The position numbers and the translations under genes were made by a program. DNA of 59,192 nt, the filler included. It is 7 parts of 7 records of this genome, joined end to end, with 100 filler letters (N's around TTAATTAATTAA, not from the genome) between each part and the next. Parts side by side here need not be neighbours in the genome. Positions count along the whole stretch, not along the records: positions 7,052 to 16,327 come from DRR723986_21203; positions 16,428 to 23,951 come from DRR723986_21243; 5 more parts are not named here. One strand, written 5' to 3'. A model generated the notes under the pieces. That model saw only the letters and a program-made list of their open reading frames with translations, did no database searches and was not told the DNA's origin. Shown here one piece after another: positions 11,687-22,066 of the stretch (position 1 is its first letter; the number at the start of each line of letters is the position of its first letter).

Positions 11687-12340
11687 TCAGCGCATCAGCT
11701 TTTGGTGCACAGCAATAGCTGTGTTGATATCGTCAAAATATTCCAAGCGACCATTTTCAAGGATAATCCCGGCATCGCAAAACTGGCGCAGCTCGTTCAT
11801 GTTATGACTGACCAGAATGGCACTGCTGCCCTCCATCCGCTTACGGAACACGGCCTGGCTTTTGCGCTTGAATTGCGCGTCCCCCACTGCGGTCACCTCA
11901 TCGACCAAATAGGTGTCAAAATGGATCCCCATAGAGGTTCCAAAGGTCAGGCGTGACCGCATACCCGAGGAATAGGTCCGGACAGGCATGTGGAAATGTT
12001 TGCCCAGTTCAGCAAAATCTTCAACAAAGGCAACCAAACTGTCGGTATCAACGCCATATATGCGTGCCACAAATCGCACATTCTGCACCCCGGTCAATTC
12101 AGGATGGAATGATCCCCCAAAAGCCACCGGCCAAGAAATCGTGCCATCCGAAACCACCCGACCTTCATCTGGGCGCATGGTCCCAGCAATGATTTGCATC
12201 AGGGTTGATTTCCCCGCCCCGTTTCGCCCCAGCAAAGCCAGAGATGATCCCGTGGGCAGGGTCAGATTCAGATTGTCGATCACCAGTTTGCGCTCGCGCT
12301 CAAGCCAAAAGCTTTTGGAAAGATTTTCGAAACGGATCAT
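11687..12340 (-). CDS. kpsT: Capsular polysaccharide ABC transporter ATPase (KpsT-like)
   Basis: GRNGAGKST, YSSGMRSRL, LVDEVTAVGD. Confidence 0.9.
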   Translation of the reverse strand: MIRFENLSKSFWLERERKLVIDNLNLTLPTGSSLALLGRNGAGKSTLMQIIAGTMRPDEGRVVSDGTISWPVAFGGSFHPELTGVQNVRFVARIYGVDTDSLVAFVEDFAELGKHFHMPVRTYSSGMRSRLTFGTSMGIHFDTYLVDEVTAVGDAQFKRKSQAVFRKRMEGSSAILVSHNMNELRQFCDAGIILENGRLEYFDDINTAIAVHQKLMR

Positions 12341-12357
12341 GAGATCTTCCTCATGCG

Positions 12358-13641
12358 TCAGGAGCGATCGCGCAGTGAATAATAAATCAGCGCCAGAATG
12401 CCCCAGCTCAACATCAGGAACAAAGCGGCCAATCCGAAAATCACAAAATGGCGTGGGTATTCCGCTTCTTCGGCCAGCGTTGGCGTTATATACGTAGCAA
12501 GATACCGGCTTTGACGGATTGCATTGGCTTTTGCCCCATCCAAAGCGGCCAAAGCTGCGTTATAGGCAATCTCTGCAAACTCTCGTTCGACGTTCAACCC
12601 CTCGAATTCCGCGATCAAGGTCGGGTAATCCTCTCCTGTTTCCAGAACTTCCGTGGTTGCGAACTCGCGCCGCTCTGCTGCAATGCGATCACGGATCACT
12701 TGAATACGCCGCAATGCCTTGGTCAGACGAGGGTCATCAGTGCGTGCAGATTTACTGGTCTCATCAAAAATCACCAACTCAGTCGCCAGTTGCTGTTGCA
12801 ACGTGTTCATGACCCCCATGCGACCCTGAATATCCGCCTCCAGGTCAACGATCTGCGTGCGGGTTCTAAACTGTGTCAACGCTTGCCGGGTTGTCTTGAG
12901 CCGTTCTTGCGTCAGCATCAGATCCGCTTCGGCATACCGAATTGCATCTCGCTGGGCCGCATCGCTCAGTGCATTGACCATTTTTTGGCTCTCAGCCACG
13001 ATTTCACGCGCAATGGTCTGCGCCATTTCGGCGTCATACGCAAAAATCTGAAGCTCTGTCAGACCAGTCGACTGATCATAAGAGACCTTCACCACCCGCT
13101 CCCAGAACCAATGCAGATCCTCGATCGATGCATCCGGCCATAGTGCAAAAACCGGATCAGTTTCCCAATGGGCTGCGTAATAGTTGCGCAAATCAAGTTT
13201 CTGGTCGATCAGATCCACCAACACCTGACTACGAATGAATTCATAAAGCACATCACCGTCTGCTGTGGACGATGTGCCCGCAAACTGTGCCAATCCCCCC
13301 AAAAGGTCGGTCGCGCTGCCTCCCTCTTCTTGCCTTACCGTAAAGGCAGCAGTTGAGCTGTAGCGATCTTCGGCCACAAACCCCAGATAGGCCCCGACGG
13401 CAACCAGTGGCAGTAACACCAGCACGACAAAGCTCCAGAGCAAAACGCGATGGCGACTGCGCATATGGGCAGGGTGCGCCATGGGCAGAACTTCGACAAC
13501 GCTCGCCGCCTGCCGGGATGGTGCAGGGCTCAATTCGAAACCCGGTTTGAGTCCACTTAAGCCCTGTTCGGCACCCCCGTGACCTCTGGCCTGTGACCCG
13601 CCTTCAGATCTCGGCCCTGGCGAACTATTCTGCGGTTTCAA
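12358..13641 (-). CDS. kpsE: Capsule export co-polymerase (KpsE/RkpR-like)
   Basis: Two TM segments around a coiled-coil periplasmic domain; YLATYITPTLAEEAEYP; adjacent to kpsT. Confidence 0.85.
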   Translation of the reverse strand: MKPQNSSPGPRSEGGSQARGHGGAEQGLSGLKPGFELSPAPSRQAASVVEVLPMAHPAHMRSRHRVLLWSFVVLVLLPLVAVGAYLGFVAEDRYSSTAAFTVRQEEGGSATDLLGGLAQFAGTSSTADGDVLYEFIRSQVLVDLIDQKLDLRNYYAAHWETDPVFALWPDASIEDLHWFWERVVKVSYDQSTGLTELQIFAYDAEMAQTIAREIVAESQKMVNALSDAAQRDAIRYAEADLMLTQERLKTTRQALTQFRTRTQIVDLEADIQGRMGVMNTLQQQLATELVIFDETSKSARTDDPRLTKALRRIQVIRDRIAAERREFATTEVLETGEDYPTLIAEFEGLNVEREFAEIAYNAALAALDGAKANAIRQSRYLATYITPTLAEEAEYPRHFVIFGLAALFLMLSWGILALIYYSLRDRS

Positions 13642-13726
13642 ATAGCTGTCCTTCGTAAATACGTTTGAAGTTCATTCTAGCATTCTACATACTTGGTTGG
13701 TCAAATTCCACAATAGGACGACTGTG

Positions 13727-14530
13727 ATGTCTCGAATCGATTTTCCGCCTTCTACGGGACAGGCACTTTCCTTTCGTTCTTTCAGAACAATCATGGCATT
13801 GATCCTGCGTGAAATGTCGACGCGTTATGGCCGCTCTCCAGGAGGATACCTCTGGGCGATACTAGAGCCTTTAGGCGGGATTTTCATTCTTGCTTTGGCG
13901 TTTTCTCTCTTAGTACGCAATCCGCCGCTGGGCTCCAGTTTTATCCTGTTTTACGCAAGTGGCTTTGGCCCGTTCAGCTTGTATCAAAATTTGTCCAATA
14001 CGGTGGCAGGGTCATTATCCTTTTCCCGCCCCCTGTTAAAATATCCCACCGTAACTTGGGGGGATGCATTGTTGGCCCGTTTCTTGCTGAATGCACTGAC
14101 CGGAGTCTTGGTCACCTGTCTGGTTTTCGTGATTATTTTGCAGATTTCAGGCAGCCGGGCGCTTCTGAATGTTCTGCCTATGTTGCACGCTTTTGGCCTT
14201 ACCCTGTTATTGGGGTTTGCCATCGGCACATTGAATTGTGCGCTCAATGGGTTGATACAAACTTGGGCCCTGGCCTGGTCCATTGTCAATCGGCCTCTGT
14301 TTTTGGCCTCTGGGGTGCTCTTTCTGTACGATGGGCTTCCCACCGGAGTGCAGAACATCCTGTGGTTTAATCCTCTGATGCATATTACTGGGATCATGCG
14401 AATGGGGTTCTACCCCACCTACAACCCCAGCTATATCTCAAGCCTGTATTGTATTGGATTCAGCTTGGTCGCGCTCTTTCTCGGGGTGGTGTTATTGCGC
14501 CGCTATCACCGCGATATCCTGAATCGCTGA
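13727..14530 (+). CDS. kpsM: Capsule ABC transporter permease (KpsM-like)
   Basis: ALILREMSTRYGRSPGGYLWAILEP and WFNPLMH motifs. Confidence 0.88.
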   Translation: MSRIDFPPSTGQALSFRSFRTIMALILREMSTRYGRSPGGYLWAILEPLGGIFILALAFSLLVRNPPLGSSFILFYASGFGPFSLYQNLSNTVAGSLSFSRPLLKYPTVTWGDALLARFLLNALTGVLVTCLVFVIILQISGSRALLNVLPMLHAFGLTLLLGFAIGTLNCALNGLIQTWALAWSIVNRPLFLASGVLFLYDGLPTGVQNILWFNPLMHITGIMRMGFYPTYNPSYISSLYCIGFSLVALFLGVVLLRRYHRDILNR

Positions 14531-14560
14531 TCGTCATCGGATTGGGGATCTACACCCTGC

Positions 14561-15553
14561 TCATGTGCGAGGCGTTGCCCACTCCAGGACGCGTTGATGC
14601 GGAACATCAGTATGCTGCATAAACCCATCACGCAGCGCATATCCCATAAGCTTTAGGAACAGCCTTCGTTCTCCGGAATGCGCCCGTACTTTCCACAACC
14701 ATCTGGGCAGGATCAGACACATCACGGGCCAGAACATCCAGCCCGCAGCCAAACGATACAGCAGCAGCAAATTGCGGTGATAGTAATAGACCTTCCATAG
14801 GGGCTGAAACCGCCCCCTCTGAGCACTCGCAAAGGTGGAGCAATCATGTTCGAACCGCACAGAAGGCTCAAAGCCGATACGCCCCCCCCGGCGGCTGAGT
14901 TCCAATGTGTACAAGCCATCGTCGCCATACAGAAACAGCCCCGGGTCCGGTAACCCGGCGGTCTCAACTCCGGCGCGTGAGATGAAAAACCCCACGAACG
15001 AGGTGACATCGATCGCCCGACCCTCTGGGGCCTCATAGGCGGTTGCAGTCAGGTGGAACCCGCCACGCCCGCTGAACAGGGTGCGCAGGAATTCGCGCCC
15101 ATGCCAGAACGGGTTGCGTGAAGGGCGGTTCATCTCACAAATTTCACCGGTGGGAAAATAAACTGCGGCGGCCACCGCATCCCATCGGCTCAGATCCAGT
15201 TGATGAAACGCCGTGAAGGCGCCGGGCTCGGGGCGGGCATCGTCATCCATGACGACGTACCAATCCGGATCAAACCGGTCGCGGGCCAGACCTATACCAG
15301 CCTCAAAGCCACCCGCGCCCCCGCCATTGACGGCGCAGCGGTGCACCAACAGACGCGGATCGCTTTGTGTGGCCAACCAGCTTTCAGTATCATCGGTCGA
15401 GGCATTGTCGACCACGACCACCGCTTGCAGTTCATCACTTGTGCTGTCGAGGAGACGCGGCAACGTGACCTTTAACTGATCCAGCCGGTTATACGTCACA
15501 ACAACGGCCACCAGCCGGCCTGCCCCGGCTTGTCCTGTCTGCTCAGTTCCCAC
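14561..15553 (-). CDS. GT2 glycosyltransferase
   Basis: VVVTYNR, VVVDNASTD, MDDDA, YYYHRN; GTG 15553 after AAGGAG is preferred over 15685. Confidence 0.88.
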   Translation of the reverse strand: MGTEQTGQAGAGRLVAVVVTYNRLDQLKVTLPRLLDSTSDELQAVVVVDNASTDDTESWLATQSDPRLLVHRCAVNGGGAGGFEAGIGLARDRFDPDWYVVMDDDARPEPGAFTAFHQLDLSRWDAVAAAVYFPTGEICEMNRPSRNPFWHGREFLRTLFSGRGGFHLTATAYEAPEGRAIDVTSFVGFFISRAGVETAGLPDPGLFLYGDDGLYTLELSRRGGRIGFEPSVRFEHDCSTFASAQRGRFQPLWKVYYYHRNLLLLYRLAAGWMFWPVMCLILPRWLWKVRAHSGERRLFLKLMGYALRDGFMQHTDVPHQRVLEWATPRT

Positions 15554-15594
15554 GCCACACTCCTTGCCCAAGCTGCCCAATGCAGCACGGGGTG

Positions 15595-16326
15595 TTATTT
15601 TTGCCGTAACGCTCCGGCCTCTTGCGCCAAAAACCACGCATAGGTGTCCTGAATCCCTTGCTCCAAAGAGATCCCCGCCTGCCACCCCAATCGGGCCAGA
15701 CGGCTGACATCCATTAATTTGCGCGGTGCCCCGTCTGGTTTCGTTGCATCAAACCCAAGCTGCCCGGTGAACCCCGTCACGCGCGCAACGGTTTCCGCCA
15801 GCTCACGAATGGTAACATCCGTGCCCGAACCCACATTGATATGGCTCAGCATAGGCTCTGTTTCAGCCTGATATGCTACATCGTCCAGATCCATCACAAA
15901 CAAAGAGGCCGCCGCCATGTCATCCACATGCAGGAATTCACGCATCGGTGTCCCACTGCCCCAGATCACCACCTCATCCATCCCGTCGCGCACCGCCTCG
16001 TGGAACCGGCGCATTAAGGCGGGCAATACATGAGAATTCTCAGGGTGAAAGTTATCGCCCGGCCCATACAGGTTCGTCGGCATCACCGAGCGATAGTCGC
16101 GGCCATATTCCCGGTTATAGCTTTCACACAGCTTGATACCGGCGATCTTGGCAATCGCGTAAGGTTCATTTGTAGGCTCTAACGTGCCAGTCAACAGCGC
16201 ACCTTCAGCCATCGGCTGCTCGGCCATCTTGGGATAGATGCATGAGCTGCCCAATTGCAGCAGGCTGGGTACACCGGCTGCATGCGCTTGATGGATCACG
16301 TTGCATTCGATCATCAGGTTTTCGTA
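15595..16326 (-). CDS. fcl: GDP-L-fucose synthase, 5'-truncated
   Basis: [51 protein letters not shown]. Confidence 0.95.
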   Translation of the reverse strand, partial: YENLMIECNVIHQAHAAGVPSLLQLGSSCIYPKMAEQPMAEGALLTGTLEPTNEPYAIAKIAGIKLCESYNREYGRDYRSVMPTNLYGPGDNFHPENSHVLPALMRRFHEAVRDGMDEVVIWGSGTPMREFLHVDDMAAASLFVMDLDDVAYQAETEPMLSHINVGSGTDVTIRELAETVARVTGFTGQLGFDATKPDGAPRKLMDVSRLARLGWQAGISLEQGIQDTYAWFLAQEAGALRQK

Positions 16327-16327
16327 G

Positions 16328-16427
16328 NNNNNNNNNNNNNNNNNNNNNNNNNNNNNNNNNNNNNNNNNNNNTTAATTAATTAANNNNNNNNNNNNNNNNN
16401 NNNNNNNNNNNNNNNNNNNNNNNNNNN
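16328..16427. other. Artificial contig spacer
   Basis: N-run + TTAATTAATTAA + N-run. Confidence 0.98.
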
Positions 16428-16428
16428 G

Positions 16429-16554
16429 GACCACATCAAACCCGACGTGGTTCACATAATGGCCAATGGTCGTATCGTGAAATCAGGCGGCCCAGATTTG
16501 GCTCTGGAAGTCGAACACAATGGGTATGCTGATATTCTGGCTGAGGTGGGCTAA
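16429..16554 (+). CDS. sufC: Fe-S assembly ATPase SufC, C-terminal fragment
   Basis: [31 protein letters not shown]; stop overlaps the sufD ATG. Confidence 0.9.
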   Translation, partial: DHIKPDVVHIMANGRIVKSGGPDLALEVEHNGYADILAEVG

Positions 16555-17834
16555 TGGCGCTTCCTGAATTGAAACAAACGGCCACCGAGGCCCGGTTGGC
16601 CACGATGGAGTTCCCAAACGCGGGCTGCACCAAAGCGGCCCGTGAGGCGGCAGTGGCCCGCGTGCGTGAAATGGGACTTCCAGATCGCCGGGACGAGTAT
16701 TGGAAATACACCCGCCCGGACACCCTCGTTCAACCCGTGGCCCCAGAAGCCGCTGTTTTTGAACACGATGAAGCCATGATGTTCAGCACTTTTGATCGGC
16801 TCAAAATCGTATTCGTGGACGGTATCTTTGATCCAGAGGCGTCGGATGATCTGTCGCTAGAAGGTGTCAAAATAGACCGTCTGGAAGACATATGTTGCAC
16901 CGATATCCATTGGGCTAAGGAGCTGTATGGTGTGTTGGAAGAGCGCGGACAAACGCCCGTTCAACGCCCCTTGGCCGCTTTGAACACAGCTTTTGCAGCA
17001 GACGGTGTCGCGATCCACGTCACGGGTAAGCCAAGCAAGCCGATCAGTCTGATCTATGTCCACGAAAATACGGCTTCGGACGCCACTCTGCATCATGTTG
17101 TACGCGTTGAAACAGGTGCCGAAGTGACCATTCTTGAGAACGGTCCAGCGGCGTCACGGTTTAACAAGTGCATGGAAATCGATATCGCTGATGGCGGTAA
17201 GTTGCACCACATCCGGGCACAGGGCCGTGACCACGAACGTCGTGCCGTCACGCATATGTTTACGCGTCTGGGCACCGAGTCGGTCTTCAAAAGCTTCACC
17301 TTGACTGTAAATGGCGTTTTGACCCGCAATGAATGCGTTATTGAATTAACCGGTGATGATGCAGTGGCACATGTTGCAGGTGCCTGCGTTGGCGATGGTG
17401 ATTTTCTGCATGATGACACAGTGTTCGTGACACATGATGCGGTAAATTGTGAAAGTCGTCAGGTCTTTAAGAAGGTTCTGAGAAACGGCGCAACCGGCGT
17501 ATTTCAAGGCAAAATCCTTGTGAAAGCTGGCGCTCAGAAAACAGACGGATATCAGATCAGCCAATCGCTCTTGCTGGATGATGACAGTCAGTTTTTGGCG
17601 AAGCCTGAGCTTGAAATCTATGCAGATGATGTTGCGTGTTCTCACGGATCAACATCTGGCGCCATTGATGAAACAGCACTGTTTTATTTGCGATCACGCG
17701 GTGTGCCGCATTCCGAAGCGATCGATCTGCTGACGTTGGCTTTCCTTGCCGAAGCAGTCGAAGAAATCGAAGACGAAGCTTTAGCTGAGGATATCGTTTC
17801 GCGGCTTGAAGCCTGGCTTAAACGTCGAAGCTGA
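16554..17834 (+). CDS. sufD: Fe-S assembly protein SufD
   Basis: EYWKYT, GVFQGKILV..AQKTD, PELEIYADDVACSHG, FYLRSRG. Confidence 0.93.
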   Translation: MALPELKQTATEARLATMEFPNAGCTKAAREAAVARVREMGLPDRRDEYWKYTRPDTLVQPVAPEAAVFEHDEAMMFSTFDRLKIVFVDGIFDPEASDDLSLEGVKIDRLEDICCTDIHWAKELYGVLEERGQTPVQRPLAALNTAFAADGVAIHVTGKPSKPISLIYVHENTASDATLHHVVRVETGAEVTILENGPAASRFNKCMEIDIADGGKLHHIRAQGRDHERRAVTHMFTRLGTESVFKSFTLTVNGVLTRNECVIELTGDDAVAHVAGACVGDGDFLHDDTVFVTHDAVNCESRQVFKKVLRNGATGVFQGKILVKAGAQKTDGYQISQSLLLDDDSQFLAKPELEIYADDVACSHGSTSGAIDETALFYLRSRGVPHSEAIDLLTLAFLAEAVEEIEDEALAEDIVSRLEAWLKRRS

Positions 17835-18319
17835 TGCCGGTAACAACGGATATTTTGGCGACGTATCGGGGGCCCGGGCGCGTCATCAATCGCTTACTTG
17901 AAATGGGGCAGCGCGAAGATCGCGCGCTGGCCATTTTGATGGCGGGGTGCAGTATGGTGTTCGTTGCACAGATGCCACGATTGGCCCGCGAGGCTCATCT
18001 GACTGGTCAAGAGCTGAATATGCTCTTGGGTGGGGCTTTGTTGGGCTGGATCATCATCGCGCCATTGATGTTTTATATCATCGCAGCCGTTAGCCACGTC
18101 GTGGCACGTGTGTTAGGCGGCCGCGGTGAATGGTATGGGGCGCGGCTAGCCTTGTTCTGGGCGTTGCTCGCAGCGTCACCCTTGTTGTTGTTGCAGGGGT
18201 TGGTAGCTGGTTTCATCGGTCCCGGGATCGAATTGAATAGTGTTGGTGGACTTTGGCTTGCAGTCTTTAGTTGGTTTTGGATATCAGGTTTGCGACAGGC
18301 AGAAAGGTCTCAGACATGA
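17834..18319 (+). CDS. YIP1-like membrane protein
   Basis: Hydrophobic multi-TM ORF, translationally coupled inside the suf operon. Confidence 0.7.
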   Translation: MPVTTDILATYRGPGRVINRLLEMGQREDRALAILMAGCSMVFVAQMPRLAREAHLTGQELNMLLGGALLGWIIIAPLMFYIIAAVSHVVARVLGGRGEWYGARLALFWALLAASPLLLLQGLVAGFIGPGIELNSVGGLWLAVFSWFWISGLRQAERSQT

Positions 18320-18909
18320 CACTTCCAAATTTTGGCGCTTTGGCCTTGTTGACGATCAAACAACCAGCTCAGGCTGCTAAAATTATTCTGTCGCTGAATG
18401 TCGGCCGGGATGTGTTGTGGATCGCACTCGCTTTGGCTGTTGTCCTGAACACGCTGATCTTTTCACTGTCTAATATCGTATTGCCAGCCGGACCGTCACC
18501 AATTCCAGGATTGCTGGACTCCCCCGTTTTTTATGGTGGGTTTGTCGGCGGTGGTTTGGTTCTGACCATCTTCGCCCTTCATCGTGTTGGGCGGATGCTT
18601 GGGGGCACTGGGTCATTTGATGACGTTATGATCCTAATGGTCTGGATGCAATTCTTGCGCGTGACAGTGCAGGCATTGGCCTTGCTTCTTGTGCTAACGA
18701 TCCCAATCCTATCTGTCTTCTTGATATTTGGTGCCACCATTGTCGGCTTGTTTGTCTTTCTCCATTTCATTGATCAGGCCCATCGCCTTGGCTCTATGAT
18801 GCGCGCTGGTGGGGTATTGCTGGCGTCCTTGTTTGCGATTGCTGCCTCGTTTTTCATTCTTCTGTCCCTCATTGGAGGGCCGATAATGGGTTCTACTCCT
18901 TATGTATGA
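18316..18909 (+). CDS. YIP1-like membrane protein
   Basis: About 5 TM segments; ATGA overlap with the previous gene. Confidence 0.7.
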   Translation: MTLPNFGALALLTIKQPAQAAKIILSLNVGRDVLWIALALAVVLNTLIFSLSNIVLPAGPSPIPGLLDSPVFYGGFVGGGLVLTIFALHRVGRMLGGTGSFDDVMILMVWMQFLRVTVQALALLLVLTIPILSVFLIFGATIVGLFVFLHFIDQAHRLGSMMRAGGVLLASLFAIAASFFILLSLIGGPIMGSTPYV

Positions 18910-20122
18910 TGTCCAAAAAATCCGGGCTGATTTCCCAATTCTTTCACGAGAAGTGAATGGTAAGCCTTTGACTTATCTTGATAATGGGGCTTCTGCGCAA
19001 AAGCCGAAGGTGGTTATTGATGCTGTTACGCAGGCGTATTCGATGGAATATTCGAACGTCCACCGGGGGCTTCATTTCCTGTCGAATCTGGCCACGGACA
19101 AGTATGAATCGGTACGTGGCAAAATTGCCAAGTTCCTGAACGCCTCAGACGAGTCAGAAATCGTTTTAAACTCTGGCACCACCGAGGGCATCAATCTGGT
19201 TGCCTATGGTTGGGCCATGCCGCGTCTGCAGGCCGGCGACGAAATCATTCTGAGTGTTATGGAGCACCATGCGAATATCGTACCCTGGCATTTTCTGCGG
19301 GAACGTCAGGGCGTGGTGTTGAAATGGGTTGATGTCGACGCAGAGGGCAACCTTGATCCCCAAGCGGTATTGGACGCCATAACTCCTAGAACCAAGTTGA
19401 TTGCGGTCACGCAATGCTCCAACGTTTTGGGGACTGTCGTTGACGTTAAGGCGATCACCCAAGGAGCGCATGCACAGGGTGTTCCTGTATTGGTGGATGG
19501 CAGTCAGGGCTCGGTTCACATGCCCGTGGATGTCAGCGATATCGGTTGTGATTTCTATGCGATCACCGGGCACAAGCTTTATGGCCCGTCGGGGTCTGGC
19601 GCGATTTATATCAAATCCGAGCGTATGGCCGAAATGCGACCCTTTATTGGGGGCGGCGATATGATCCGCGAAGTGTCCAAAGAGGCGGTAACCTACAACG
19701 ATCCACCAATGAAGTTCGAAGCAGGGACCCCGGGTATCGTGCAAACCATTGGGTTTGGTGTCGCGCTAGACTATCTGATGGATCTTGGGATGCAAAACGT
19801 TGCCTCACACGAGGCAATGTTACGGGACTATGCCGCTGCACGCTTGAACGGTTTGAACTGGCTACAAGTTCAGGGCACGACCCACAACAAGGCTGCCATT
19901 TTCAGCTTTACGTTGGATGGCGCCGCCCATGCCCATGATATTTCAACGATTCTGGACAAAAAGGGTGTTGCTGTACGTGCAGGGCATCACTGTGCGGGTC
20001 CGTTGATGGATTTCCTAGGTGTCACTGCTACATGTCGCGCCAGCTTTGGGCTGTATAACACCAAGGCAGAGGTCGACACGCTGATCGATGCGCTTGAACT
20101 TGCACACGACCTGTTTGCTTAG
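18902..20122 (+). CDS. sufS: SufS-type cysteine desulfurase
   Basis: YLDNGASAQKP, EHHAN, TGHKLYGP (PLP Lys), RAGHHCA. Confidence 0.95.
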   Translation: MYDVQKIRADFPILSREVNGKPLTYLDNGASAQKPKVVIDAVTQAYSMEYSNVHRGLHFLSNLATDKYESVRGKIAKFLNASDESEIVLNSGTTEGINLVAYGWAMPRLQAGDEIILSVMEHHANIVPWHFLRERQGVVLKWVDVDAEGNLDPQAVLDAITPRTKLIAVTQCSNVLGTVVDVKAITQGAHAQGVPVLVDGSQGSVHMPVDVSDIGCDFYAITGHKLYGPSGSGAIYIKSERMAEMRPFIGGGDMIREVSKEAVTYNDPPMKFEAGTPGIVQTIGFGVALDYLMDLGMQNVASHEAMLRDYAAARLNGLNWLQVQGTTHNKAAIFSFTLDGAAHAHDISTILDKKGVAVRAGHHCAGPLMDFLGVTATCRASFGLYNTKAEVDTLIDALELAHDLFA

Positions 20123-20255
20123 CGCCCTCAAAAACATCCGGAAAAGGCATTGAATTTTGCCTTTTCTGATTGCGGTATCTGCGCTGATATTTTATAGCCC
20201 GAGCTAAGGCATCCTTGCAGGGCGAACCCTCCTAAAGGATCCGAGTGTATAATGC

Positions 20256-20332
20256 GGTCCAGTAGCTCAGCTGGATAGAGTGTCGCCCTCCGAAGGCGAA
20301 GGCCATAGGTTCGAATCCTATCTGGACCGCCA
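20256..20332 (+). tRNA. tRNA-Arg(CCG)
   Basis: GGTCCAG/CTGGACC acceptor stem, TCGCC-CTCCGAA-GGCGA anticodon arm, TTCGAAT loop, CCA end. Confidence 0.95.
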
Positions 20333-20504
20333 TTATCCCTGAAAAACCCTCTAGAACCGGCTTAGCGCTTTTACACTGTGATCAGCGCGTGTGCGCATCG
20401 TCATACCTGAAGCGATGAGCCCGTTTACACGGTTCAAATGCCATGCATTGTTACGCTTTTGGATGCATAATAGTATCAAAAGACGAATAAACGAGCATAC
20501 CAAA

Positions 20505-21920
20505 ATGAAGCAGATGACCTGGCTAGCGTTTTCGATTGACCGGACCTCAAAGACACCTGTTTTTGAGCAGATTTGCGCGGCCATACGGGAACGCGCTATT
20601 TCTAGTGATTTGACCGAAGGTCAAAAAATGCCACCCACCCGTGGTTTTGCCACCGAGTTGGGCGTTTCGCGTTCAACCATTGTCACAGCCTACGATCAAC
20701 TCGTGGCAGAGGGGTATCTGAAAGGGGTGCCAGGGTCAGGATACACGGTCTGTGCTATTGGCGAAGTTGAACTGACAGGCCAGATCGATCGTGCCAGGCC
20801 TGCGTTGGTTGATGACCAAGCGCGCGCGCCGCTGCCTTTTGAGGCCAGTCAGCCAGACATGCGCTTGTTTCCACACAGGCAATGGGCCAAAGCCGTTGCC
20901 CGTGTGTGTCGCACCGATCCGCAAGCAATGCTTGTTGGTGGGACACGTTTTGGCAATCTGGACCTGCGCCAAGCCATAGCTGAGCACATTGCAGAATGGC
21001 GCGGAATTGATGCCTCTCCCCACCAGATTATTGTTACGGCTGGGTCCACAGATGCGTTGGAAATCTGTTTGCGAACCCTGCAGAAAATGGGTGGCACCAT
21101 CGACCTGGAGAACCCAGGGTACCAACCCATGCGTCACTTCGCTGAGGCGCATGGGTTGAACATTAACCATTTAAGTGTCGATGAAAGTGGTGCCGAGGTG
21201 CCATTGAATCAGTCTAGGCCTCGTTTTGCTGTTCTGACGCCTTCACATCAATATCCTCTCGGGGGGGCCATGTCGCCAAATCGTCGATTGGAGTTTCTGG
21301 CTTGGGCGAAGCAGCAGGATGCCTGGATCATCGAAGATGATTATGACAGTGAATTTCGATATGCGGGCAGACCTATCCCGGCCATGGCTGGCTTTGATCA
21401 GCTTGATCGCACAATCTACATTGGCAGTTTTTCCAAGGTTTTTTCGAATTCCTTACGGTTGGGGTATATTATAGCCCCTGATGCCTTGGTTTCAGATTTT
21501 CGAGCAACATTGAAACGGTACGGTCTCAAAGCGAGTTATATGCCTCAGCAACCTTTGGCTGAGTTTATGAAATCAGGGGAATTTTACCGCCATCTCCGAC
21601 GTGTGCGGCGCACTTACGGTGAGCGGAGGAAGTACCTATTAGAAGAGCTCAAACAGGACTTTTCTGAGTTCGGACATTTCGTAGATCATCAAGCAGGGAT
21701 GCAGATTGTATTTTACCTGAAAGAAGAGTTTCGCGATACCGAGATCTCCAAGGCCGCTTTGCTTCGGAACGTGACGGTCAAACCTTTGTCAGAGTTTTCG
21801 GTTGGGCCGTCCAAGTACAACGGGTTGATCTTGGGGTTTTGCGGGTTTTCTGAGGCGGAAATGGAACCAGCCTTAGTGTCTTTAAAAGACTGTTTTTCCG
21901 AGGCAAAGAAGGCGCTTTAG
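20505..21920 (+). CDS. MocR/GabR-type GntR regulator with PLP aminotransferase domain
   Basis: wHTH LGVSRSTIVTAYDQLVAEGY; TPSHQYPLG, IIEDDYDSEF, GSFSK; start at 20505 or 20514. Confidence 0.92.
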   Translation: MKQMTWLAFSIDRTSKTPVFEQICAAIRERAISSDLTEGQKMPPTRGFATELGVSRSTIVTAYDQLVAEGYLKGVPGSGYTVCAIGEVELTGQIDRARPALVDDQARAPLPFEASQPDMRLFPHRQWAKAVARVCRTDPQAMLVGGTRFGNLDLRQAIAEHIAEWRGIDASPHQIIVTAGSTDALEICLRTLQKMGGTIDLENPGYQPMRHFAEAHGLNINHLSVDESGAEVPLNQSRPRFAVLTPSHQYPLGGAMSPNRRLEFLAWAKQQDAWIIEDDYDSEFRYAGRPIPAMAGFDQLDRTIYIGSFSKVFSNSLRLGYIIAPDALVSDFRATLKRYGLKASYMPQQPLAEFMKSGEFYRHLRRVRRTYGERRKYLLEELKQDFSEFGHFVDHQAGMQIVFYLKEEFRDTEISKAALLRNVTVKPLSEFSVGPSKYNGLILGFCGFSEAEMEPALVSLKDCFSEAKKAL

Positions 21921-22051
21921 GTGCGGTGTTCATATGCCTGATTGGCGGCGCGGTTCTTTGAGTGAAACGCGAAAACAGAGCAAGACACATCGTCAAGTCC
22001 CGTTGTGAAGTATTGAGTTTGTTTGCAAAAGATAGCCTACCCAAAGGGTGA

Positions 22052-22066
22052 TGGCGGAGAGCCGGG
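22052..22066 (-). repeat. Short copy of a tRNA-Ser 3' end (possible att site)
   Basis: TGGCGGAGAGCCGGG resembles TGGTGGAGAGGCTGGG at 23896 in the same orientation. Confidence 0.45.

Noticed and set aside
17834-18909. Two YIP1-like genes inside the suf operon as a novelty
   Set aside because: As far as I recall this is a usual Rhodobacteraceae suf arrangement
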